Assembly: GCF_037042905.1 (NCBI RefSeq)
Contig: NC_087252.1
Span: 5,706,001-5,770,000, forward strand
Source: Lytechinus pictus
Taxonomy: Eukaryota
DNA: 64,000 nucleotides
Direction: 5' to 3'
Part shown: piece by piece, positions 12,142 to 24,000 of the stretch
Layout of the letters: the number at the start of each line of letters is the position of its first letter
How positions within the stretch are numbered: position 1 is the stretch's first letter
Notes under the pieces: model-generated
The model's input: the letters and a program-made list of their open reading frames with translations, nothing else
What the model was told of the DNA's origin: nothing
Databases searched by the model: none
Made by a program: the position numbers and the translations under genes

Positions 12142-15100
12142 CTGCAGTTAGAAAACAAGTTTGGATATCAAAAGTCATCAAAATTCATTTTCGTGGAGGA
12201 AAAAATAAATATATTTTTCAAATAGGAAATAATTAATTCATGAATTCCTAACAAGTACAAATGAAGAACAAAAAAACAAATCCGCTACAAAAATCTATTG
12301 TGTACGTAATTTTTTATTGTTTTTTATTTTTCTTTATGTATTTCTTTATTTCATTTTTTTTCATTGTTTTTTCAACATAATTTATCGGGGACATTATTTC
12401 AGTCTTAAATTTCATCAAAAGAAATGACTGTTGTCGCTAAAAGTGATAATGATTATTCATTGATGAATTTTGTACTTTCTTCGTACATATACGTTTTTCG
12501 GTCTGACATGCACTTACATAATGTTGCATAATTTCGTAGCCGCATCACAAATCTGGTCTCAAAGTTACGCGAGACTCTAAAGTAAAAAGTCAGCGAGCGG
12601 CGCAGTAAAAACATTTCGCGAATCGGATATATCGCAAAACATGTCGAGAGGGAGCAAGGGAGGGAGGGGGGGGGGTGAAAAGACCACCGGTCTAAGTTTA
12701 TGCAGTAGTTTGGATGCGTATATCCATTTCATATAGTTGTGACGATCCCTACTTTAAGTTAATATGCAAGGCCCTTAAAGGCAAAGTTACAATTATGTTC
12801 TCGTAACCAAGATGATTTAAGAAGAATGGTTGCGTACACATTTCATACACCTGTGAGGAGTATATGATTTAGCATTCGGATGACAGCAGTTATGTGGGTG
12901 CGTATACCAATTTTGATTTACCTGTTAAGATCTCTAAAGTATTTTTGTAGTATTTCAGGGCCCCATAACACAAAGAATAGCGATTAAAAGCTATTTTGAA
13001 AGTAGATTTCTGATTGGTTCCTAGTCAGTGTTTTGAGCAAAATGCGAGTGCAACGATGGTCTTGATAGGTCATTTCATTTAGAGATTAATCGAAAACCCT
13101 AGTGTTACGAGGCCCTGATGATTGGAGAAGTATGTATATACATATTTATATACCTGTGAGGAAGCCAGCCGACATCCGTCCGATCCCAGCGAATCCGTAC
13201 GACCAGCCAAGAGCATTAGGAAACCTTTCCATACCTATCGACTGTTTGATAACAACTACGGCAATAGGGAAGAACACACCACTAGCAGCTCCATAGGTTA
13301 GAGAGGCTGCGATGAGGACACCATATGTATTCAACGCAGGGTCAAGCAACATAGGCAAAGCTGACATGAAGGAAGCTATAGTAAGAAGTTGAGCAGCAGT
13401 AAGTAGTTTATAGTCAACTATCAAACCGTGACCGGCCCGAGCGACAATGTTTGAGACACCGGCGACAGATGCTATAAAGGTGGCTTGGAGAGGAGCAATC
13501 CCCTTTTCCTGGGCATGTGGAACGAGGTATATAAGCCAACCCATATAGACAAATCGCCCACAGAATTGCACTATCATTAGTATGATAAAGTATACGTCCT
13601 TGAATAGAGATAGGCCAAGAAGTGAGTGGCAACGTTCGGCCCTTGTCTCCGAAGGCTCGTTGTCGTCGTCATCGTTACTTTCTATATTTGCACATTTTTC
13701 GACATCAGTTACTGATCGTTCTTCACCATTGCCTAAACACCCCTCGCTTTCCTCGTATGTGTTTCCTGTTTCGCTTTGCTTTATATGTTTTAGCTCAAAA
13801 GATTCGTTAGATTGATACTGGCTCTCTTTAAAACCATTGTTCATCGGAATAGGTCTATCATCATCTTCGTCTTCATCATTATCCTCTGGGCCGAGATCAC
13901 ACATTATTCCTTTCGAAACATATTCTTTTTCGTCAACACAGTCGTCGGATTCAACCTCAACCGATTTATACTCCATCTTGTCTTTTCGCCGTCTATCGGA
14001 ACGTCTGACTTTGATTGGACGCAAGAGGGCGCCACACACACTGACATGGAAGCACAACGCCCCCATAATGAAGAGACCTCCTCGCCAGCCATATGTGTCT
14101 ATAAGGATCTGTGCTAATGGCGCTAGTACCAGGATTCCAACTCCAGATCCTGCGTACGATAGACCGTTGGCGAGACTGTATCTTTTTTCAAAGTAGTGTC
14201 CGACCATAGTTAGACTTGGTGTTAAAGCAAGGCCAAGCCCGATACCTGTGATCAAAACAAAAGTGTGGTATAATTTCAAGAAAATCGTATAACAGCATCG
14301 ATGATATATTTTGTATTGCTTTTCATAAGATCGAGTAATATTAATCTAAGTCTTATTTGCTGTAATATGACATTCTATGCAATTGTGTTACTATCTTAAC
14401 TATTGCACCCGCTTTATATCCCACAGTTGAGGTCAGTAATTAAAGAAATGACAATTCGTGCCTGATGAAATAGCGATTGGTATGAAGAAAAAAAAAACAC
14501 TCAACATTTCTTAAGCAACTCACAAACAGCAAATGGCACATCTTTTTTTTTCAAACATAAGTTATGCTTGTTCTTTGTCATGTAGGGAATTGACAACATA
14601 TTTTCATTGCTTTCGGACCCTCCGTGCATGTTCATCGAGGAGCGCAAACTCCCTAACGCCATTACGCGGAGGACGCGACTCAGACTTTTGCCGTGGTGCT
14701 ATGGTTTTTTGGTGAGAGATACGACCTTGATAGCTGTAACTACAACGCTGATAAAATAAAGCACCGCTTACAAAGAAGAGGCACGTATGCAACATCAGTA
14801 TGCCCCTCTCCTTACAAACAGGTATTGCAATTTCCAGTTACGAAATGTGATGCCATCAAAACTTGCATTTCAACATTTTTCATGTCTCCATTTAGGTAGA
14901 ACACGATAAATACATCCATCTATCAAATGTGACATGAATTGGGGCGCATGGTGGCTGTTTGGTGGATGTTTTTCATCATAAACTTTATAAACAAGTTTAG
15001 CAATTTCTAATTACAAAGTGTAATGCCATTAAAAGTGCATTTCAACATTTTTCATGACTATATTTTGGTAGAACACGATAGAAACACCCATCTAACAAAT

Positions 15101-17979
15101 ATGACATGAATTGGGGCATAGCGACTGTAAGGTGGATGTTTTTCATCATACTCCGCCGACATATGGTTACAAAATGCTGAAATACCCTTATAGGGCATTT
15201 TTTGTGACGTAATCGCTTCCGATCTCTATGTCTGTGTGGATAGATTTATTTGCACATTTTAGCATCCACTTCGCAGACGCTTTCTGAAACGTTAAGAATT
15301 ATATTGAAAAGGCCCGTCAAAACACAATGGACGGATAAGAGGTCATTGCCAAAAGTTGTGGACCCGAACAGCACATCGTCTTAAGATTCAGAACAGACGA
15401 AAAATTGCAAATATGTCAATTTTTAGAGTCCATGACTACAATGACTACTATTTTGATTCATCGATTTTCAACAAAGGCTGCTTTGTTAAAAGGGCTTTTT
15501 TTACAAAATATAATCGGCGTTATAGAAAGCGCAGACGAAGTGATTGCTAAAATCCCCTATTACCTGACAGTGATAGACATAATGATAGCTGACTGACTTC
15601 AGTGGTACCAGCTGCCAGTATGAGGCCAGTGCCACCAAAGAATCCTCCAGCCATGGCGATGGGACGACAACCAAACCGTCTGCATAACGGACCACTAATC
15701 AAACCTGTACGAAATATGACACCATTAAGATAAAAAGAACCAATGAGTTAACGGTCCCCAAACTGCGTGAGTAAAACAATTTAACGGATTTTTTCGAGGA
15801 AAGCAAAATTGAAGGAATTTCACGGAAAATTCAATTTTTAACCAAGAAATATTAAATTACGGGAAAAATTTATGGAGTGAAAATCATGAAAATCAAAGCA
15901 GTTATAATTGAACGAATTTGCGTTTTTTTCAGTAAAAAAGCTGCCAATCAAAGACATTTCCATCTACTTTTATTTTATTTCTACTTTGGCATATATTTGC
16001 CACACTTTATCTGCCTGTAATTTACGCTTTCCTGAGCTTATCCCTATATACAATTGTTTTATCACTTGTCACTGGTCAAGAACACAGAAGAACATGGATT
16101 AAGCCTTTCAGAAAACAGAAAACTAGGGTGCCTAGAACAAGTAGAAATTACCAAATGATACCGAAAAATGTACCTTGACCATTCTTAGCAATAAAAAGAG
16201 AAAATGCATGCGTTATCCTTTTCCTACATATTTTACACCGCTTATCCACGTTGTCTGTGTGTGATTTTTAGAGTAAAGGCTAACATGTGCCAGAATCCAC
16301 CGAGTTTAGTTAGGTTTATGGCAAGAACAGTGTTGACTTTAGCGAATAAAGCTGAGAATACAAGGAGAAAAAGGGAAATATTTTTTATTTACACCCCGCT
16401 TACCCTCGTGGTCTGTGTGTGCTTTTTAGAGCAAAGGCTAGCATGTTCAAGTGGGGTAAGAGGAAATCTAATGCTGAATTATAATTCACTGAGTTTACTT
16501 AAGTTTATGACAAGAACAATTGACTCTAGCAAAAATAGCTGAGAACAAAAGGAGAAAAAGAAGATATGTGATAGGGATATATTCAAACGTTATTAGAAAC
16601 GACTTTCTGACGATTTATTTGAGCAAGGTCGTTTCTGAATTGATGACCAAGAAGCAGAAGAGGAATCTGAGTTTTTTTATGGGTAGCCAATGGAGGGATT
16701 AATCCCGGGGGTTGCAATGATTTTGATAGGAGGGGGGGGGGCGACCTAAAATTGGCTTTATTTTTTTCAATTGCATAATATGGGTTTTGAAAAGTTAAAC
16801 CACACAAAAACTCCCTCTTTTAATTATCTTATTTTGTTCTTTTGTTTTCTTTCCCCGTTTCATCCCCTATCTTGCCTGTATGATTATGATGGCTGCCTTC
16901 GACACTTTACATTATTTTGACAGGACACCTTTCTTTTGTACCTGTAAAATCAGCAAACGTGACGCAGAGAGAACTAATCCAACCAATCAGAGACGTCGAC
17001 ACATCGAAATATGTTCGGAAAGTTGGCAGGAAAACACCAAGGCACTTAGCAATACCTTCTCTGAAGATGAGCGTGCAGTGAGCTGCCAACAAGATGAACC
17101 ATCCATAACCTAACCAACGAAGGATGAAATAGAAAATAAATCTTTAGATAACGTTCACAGGCCACATCTGAACACAATTTGTTACATTAACATTTAAAAT
17201 TTAAGAGCAATCTTACAAATTTTACAACCAATTCTATTGAAATCCATTAATGCATTATGAATCATTTTACAATTATGTTGGCGTGTATCCTAACTGCTAT
17301 TCAAAAGTTCGACTAGACTAGATCTGGACGTCCTGCTAGTAGGACGAGGTGAACAGAGAGAGGAAGATAAAGAGGACTGATGAGTTGGTGCATGAGTGTT
17401 GGGCTTTCAAGCAAATAACTACTAACGTATAGATCTAAACTAAAGTTTGAAATCCTTTAAAGACCAGAAATGTAATTTTAGCCTTTGTTCAATTTTAACC
17501 CCTTTTGCCAAAATGTAGCCACTAATAGCCTATGTGGCGATAAATGTCCTCATAAAATAGTTTGAAAAATAAAAAAAGTACAAAATGTTGTCAAAATCAT
17601 GTTGAAACTTTCCAAAAATTAAAATCTTCCACTCATTATTTGTATAATATAATTTAAAGAATGTATGGATTATTAAAAACTATATTCGTTCCCTATAAAG
17701 TTACCATATTTCATTTTAAATTCCTACCTCCATCAGTAGCCGGAGGTTTATTTGCGGATGACCTCGGATCCTTCCCTGACGGCCTTTGAACTCTGCTCCC
17801 GTTCTGCGCGTGCTGACTGACTTCCTGTGTTTTGGAATGACCGTTTGTGATTGGTTCAGGCTCCTCTTCATGGTAGGGGACAATATCTTGCGAGGAATCG
17901 GAAGGCGGGAGTTTGGAGTATTTGGTGAATCCTCTGAGAAGAAAAAAGGAAAGATAAGTAAAAAAAAACATATATATAG

Positions 17980-18017
<38 letters not shown>

Positions 18018-21000
18018 AGGTATTATTGGAGGATTTCACACACAAAGAAAATTGAAGTTTGGATCGTGATCTACTTCTTTTATCAATCATTCGCACGCAG
18101 CGAAATAAGAAAATCGCAAAGCAGCAACGCGGGAAGCTTGCGACCGGAGATTGACTCCGATTCAAAGAGCGTGCATACACGATATCACTTATTTATATTG
18201 CACACATACAGACACAGTTGTTCTTACATAACTTTTCTTTTATTCTTTGGATTATATGAATTATTTTAAATTTATAATTTACTTAATTTTGAGGCATTAG
18301 GAACTGTTATAATCTGTAGGTTATTTTAATTATTATTCTTATAAGAATAATAAAAGACTACAGATTATTGCAGTTCCTAATGCCTCAAAATAAAGTAAAT
18401 TGTCAACTTAAAATAATTCATATATTATTATATTGTTTCAGATTCTGCAAGTTTCACGATTATACGGAAATGCAATGATTCAAAATATAACGAAGCTATG
18501 TTTCAGTGTATAAAATTAACATTATAAAATGTAGACTTTAGTCATATTTTTCAATGAAAACATTGAACTGATGATACAACAGACCCATATAACCGACCAG
18601 CACACAAGTGAGATATCTTCCTCAGGATATACTTCCACCCTCTATTGGCTTAATATCTAGGCATGTATTACATTGGTATTTTAATTTGGAGCTTACATAT
18701 GAATTACACAAAACTGAAAGGGAATAATAGTTGTCGGTATTCAAAATCAACTCTCATTCTAGCAAGGCAATCCCCGCCTACATGCATCAACCTTACCAAG
18801 GGTTCACTCAGCTTTTCCTCTCAATCTGCTGTTTTTTTTTTTATATATCAGCCGAATCCACGCGTGAACTTTGTCCATTTTGATGCCATGTGTACTCACA
18901 CAAACCACAATAATATTAGGAATACCATCAATTCATATCACCAGCAACGATCATTTTTGGTGTTCATCGATGCACAGGCGTAGTGATCTCCTTTTGTTCG
19001 TTTCGATTTATGATCATGTTTGATAGAAGAAGAACAGGGATGACGAATATTCGAAACATGGAATCATACATGGACGGAGGTGTTTTTTTTTAAATAATAA
19101 ATATTGTTGCTTGTCATGACACGCATGATAGCAATTCCACCTCATTCTTCTGACCTTGGACGTGGTAAACATGAAAAATATAGAGTCAATGAATGGAGGT
19201 GAAGGTAAATTGCCAATTCGTCTACTCATCACATGGTCTACTTTTATTTAGTATAATGCCCTCCGTCCATCAACGTTTCGTCTAAAAACCATTTGGTCCA
19301 ATCATCATTTCGTCTAATCACCAATTTGTCTATGACCATTTTGTTTCATATTTTTTTTGGTTTACCACATAATTATGCCTTGTTGCTAGAATTAAGGTAA
19401 AATAATAAATAATGTAATTCCACTAATATTCATGCCAGACTAGCAGGAATAATGTTTGTTGTGCATTTTACCCAATGGAAACGAACAGTCTGATCATGAA
19501 TACACAGGCCAAAAAAAAAACTGTGAAACAATAATGTTTCACACGGTTTTCACGCGTTTATTCCACTGCACTAAATTGGACAAAAATATTTCAAATAAAA
19601 ATATCAAGACATATATATACATTAATTTATGAATGATTAGATCAATAACTTAATGGACAACAAAGCATTGATTTAAACGAACAAATATATGCACAATTAA
19701 ATAAACAAGTACATAGAATAAATGAAAAGAAATTAGCAATAATAAAAACAAACAGAATAAGATTTAAAACGCCAGCACGTCTTGATTGTAAAATGAAATA
19801 GGCCTATTACAATTGCAAATGAAATAGCCATTGGTTTTATAAAAGTTATTCATAATAAATTGAGAATATACATTTGTTATTACATGGAGGTCTATATATT
19901 ATAAACTAACTCATTTCGTGTTGTGAGATTAACAATGCAATGAAAAATATGATCAACCATCGCAAACCACCAAAATGTGTTAACATAACAAATATGTGTA
20001 TATAGTGTATTTTGCTGGTAAGTTCATTTTTTTCAGAGATGGATGGATGGATAGATAGCTGCATGGCAAGATATATATTTAGATAGATAGATGTGTATAT
20101 TTTTCCTTATTATATTGTGACAGTTTTTACCATTTACTTTTCTAGAATTAATACTTGAAGATGAGGCTTTTGATGACCAACACTGCACAATTTTTTATGT
20201 GTTCTCTTTTGTTCTTTGATTTCTTGCAGTAAGAACTTCAACGATGACAATACCCGATCCCTTCAGAAGTTTTCTCCTTTTTTTATTTGCAGAATGTCTT
20301 TCCTTTTTCGTAGGATATATTAGATAGTTCATTTGAGGATGATTGGACGTGAGGGCAAGCGTATACAATTTTGCGCACCGGTTTTTTTGCTCACCGGTTT
20401 TTGCGCACCATGTATTTGCGCACTGGATTTTTGCGCACCATTTTTTTTTTTTGCGCACCGTTTTTTGCGCACCGGCCCAGAACAGTTTAAATAAAGATGT
20501 CCTTGGTGTGCAGAACAGCAGACGAAAAAAATGTATTAATTGTATGTAATTAAAAAAAATGTCGTTTGTTCAGAGTCCTGAATGATACTGCTGTTTTGAT
20601 TTACCAATTGTCATGATTGTTGACAAAGACATTTTTGTTGTTCATTGCCATAAAGGGCATTTGCAAATACATTTTATATGTCCCTACAACAAACAATCCT
20701 TAATAGCTCTGACAGAAGAATCTGTAACAGATCATTAAGCATGCTGAACATATCAAAGCGAGCCTAAAGAAGGGACTAGACTAGCCACTGCTCAAAAGTG
20801 TTATAATGTCTTAGCTTAAAAAGATGTTGGGATGAGGTTATCAAGTAGGATTTCACACTTAATTAATCTTGTTCAGAACTGGTAAACAATGATATTACAT
20901 CCAAGTAAAATCCCTCAAAACAGTTCTGCAACTCAATTTTCAGGGATGATATATTTTTGGTTACAGAGGTATAACAGTTGAAAGTGGTATCATTTAAAAA

Positions 21001-24000
21001 CTTGATTATTCTTCTTTACAATGATGTGCCATCTGCTGTGATTAAGAAATCATGGAATGTGCTGTTACCCTGAATATAGGGAAAAATAAGAAGTTGAATA
21101 TTTATAGTCAAGCAAAACCAAATTCTGTCAAAATTATATGTCCCCAGTTACAATGTACATAATACTTTTAGGGCATATGGCAGCCATTCTGAATTACAAA
21201 AGACAGCATTCATTACACCCATGACCAATATATGATTTATTTAGTTAGAAATCATGTTAAAAACAATATTTTTACTCATACATATCAGTTACATGCATTT
21301 TATTATTCTCACTCTTGTGAAAAAGTGTCCCTATACGCGTGTTACGTATTGTAGTTAGGAATTGTAACGGCTATTCTGAATATCAAAATACAGTTTGTAT
21401 TACCTCCATGGCAGAATAAATGCTATATCTCACAAAAAGTCATGTTTCTAACTAGCCAATTGTCGTGCAAAAACGTCAAGATATTTTGGAAAATAGTTTC
21501 GTGTCTTATAACCCGATTATCATAGGATATGACATACTGTAGGGTACCAAAAAACAAAACTTGTTTATGCCCAATTTACTCTATATAAGAATTCTGTCAA
21601 AGAATGCAATGATAAAAAGAAACATGTGTTACTTGGATACTACCTATTGAAACATTTGGAAGTTTACTAAGTTTGAAGTATAATCAGAAAAGATTAAAGG
21701 GCCCAGCCACTGACAAATCATGGGGATATTGATTCAGTACGAAATTTGCAAAAGGCCAATTGACTTGCTTAATATAATCTGTCCGTCATGAGCGCCAGTC
21801 GGACTAATGCGATAAAAGTTCGTACAGCACGAATTTGACCGAACTCTTGATGGTTATTTACTTCGGATCATCGCAGTTCCAGTTTCCAACAATCCCAATT
21901 CCTAGACTCATAGCGTGTCTCTTGATTGCAAAACCAAACTAAATAACCTCTGTGATGTTACATGTTTCAAAAGTGAAAACAAGCAATTTACTTCTGGTTG
22001 GTTAGTCTACTAACTAATTGCCCTCCTCTCCTCGCCACAACTCGCCCAGTTGCTCGCCACAACTGGGCGTTGTGGCGAGCGCCTGTAATCCAAGCTATGT
22101 GGGGAAGTTACAAATTGATGCAGAGGTTCGGGGTTCGAGCCCTGGTCACGTCTCTCGGATGGTGACGTTAAAGGTCGGTCCCAGACGTAAATAATCATAT
22201 CTGATTGATACACGTCTGACAAAACTCAAATACACACACACACACTCCTATAGACCTCGCAGACATGCCGGCGTCTATTACATAACACCCCAGCCATGCA
22301 GCCAAGTGAAAGACTTTAATCCCTTCTCTGTTCCGAGATTAGCTTTGATTTCCCCATGATTTGCCAATTAAAGGTCGCTTTAAATGAAACTGAATTGCAG
22401 AAGATGCGCTATTACTTCGAGTGTAAACTCTACCGGTCACGGTTCTTTGGTTCGTTGTTGGCTGGCCTGTTGGAGCCGGATAGCAATGGATTCAGTCCAC
22501 TGAATCTATGGTTCTCTGGTTTTCGACGGGTGATAGCGGGCCGAGGAATTGTGACTGGTAGTGTAAGAAGCATTTTTTATTGGATTTTGTTTTGTAAAAA
22601 ATTGTTGAGCGATATGATATGAATTTTGTTCATGTAAAAACTTGTATATTTTGATTTTTTTGTGGACAACAAAGTACCTCAATTGAGGATAAATAGAGAA
22701 AAAAAAAACATTTTTTACAAATATACTTTACCCATACAACATGATTATTTTGATTTCATAGTTAATCAAAATCCAAATTCTCACAAAATTCCCCATTTAC
22801 ATTGTAGATAGTACTGTAGGGGCCTATAGGGGCCATTTTATATTTCACAACCCTTACAAAAAATTCCTGTAGTACTCTGTGATATGTACTGCAGGAAGTA
22901 TCGCAGGAAAGTACTGCAGGAATTACGTGCACGTAATTTGGGACGGTACTACAGAAATGTACAACAGGAGTACAACAGGTCCGTGTCCTGTGATACTTCC
23001 TGTGGTAATAACCGCATAAGTATGGCAGGAAGTATGACAGGACACGATCACCACAACCGCTACAACCGCTACAACCACTACCACACTACTATTAGTACTA
23101 CAGGACAGTATCACAGGATAGTATCACAGGATAGTATCACATGATAGTATGACAGGACAGTATGACAGGATAGTATGACAGGACAGTATGACAGGACAGT
23201 ACTACAGGAATACCGCAGACCAGTATCACAGGGAAGTACTACAGAACAGTATCGCAGGACAGTACTACAGGAGTACCGCAGGCTTCTGGTACTGTGTCCT
23301 GTAGTACTGTCCTGTGATACTGGACTGGTATTCCTGTAGTACTGTCCTGTGATACTGGTCTGGTATTCCTGTAGTACTGTCCTGTGATACTGGTCTGGTA
23401 TTCCTGTAGTACTGTCCTGTGATACTGGTCTGGTATTCCTGTAGTACTGTCCTGTGATACTGGTCTGGTATTCCTGTAGTACTGTCCTGTGATACTATCC
23501 TGTGGTGATAAATAGTATCACAGGACAGTATGACAGGACAGTACTTTAGGAATTCCGCAGACCAGTATCACAGGAAAGTACTACAGAACAGTACTACAGG
23601 ACAGTACTGCAGGAATACCAAGAGACCTTACCGCAGGACAATTCCTGCAGTACTGTCCTGTGGTATTCCTGTGATACTGATCTTTGATATCTTCTGTGGC
23701 ATTATTGGTCTCATCCTGCAGCCTTCTTGTGATACTTTACTGTGGTAATCCTGCAGGGGTATTCTTGTTGATTTCCTGTGACAATCCTATGGTATTGTCC
23801 TGTAGTAGTCTGTGCGATTTTCTCACGACACCGTCCTGCACTGGTTTGTTAGGCGTAGTAGTTTGTAAGAATTTCCTGTGATCCAGCACAACAACTTTGA
23901 CATCTTGACTAATGAAAAGAGGCGTGAAAAAACCCACAAATTTGCAAAGACGTTAAAAGCATATTCACATACCTTTATTATGTATGAGCTGTATTATGCA

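Noticed and set aside
13102..14196. Plus-strand and alternative-frame ORFs overlapping the large exon
   Set aside because: Shadow ORFs of the real minus-strand coding exon.
18796..18890. Nearby first coding exon for the SLC16 gene (donor-like cttg|gtaagg)
   Set aside because: Both upstream ATGs checked hit stop codons before the donor.
22062..22245. Functional 7SL RNA gene or human Alu contamination
   Set aside because: Similarity stops after about 85 nt, with no S domain, Alu dimer or poly(A); the element is embedded in host-type sequence.
23291..23500. 35-bp repeats resembling a CRISPR array
   Set aside because: The units are contiguous with no unique spacers, the context is eukaryotic, and they belong to a transposon subterminal array.
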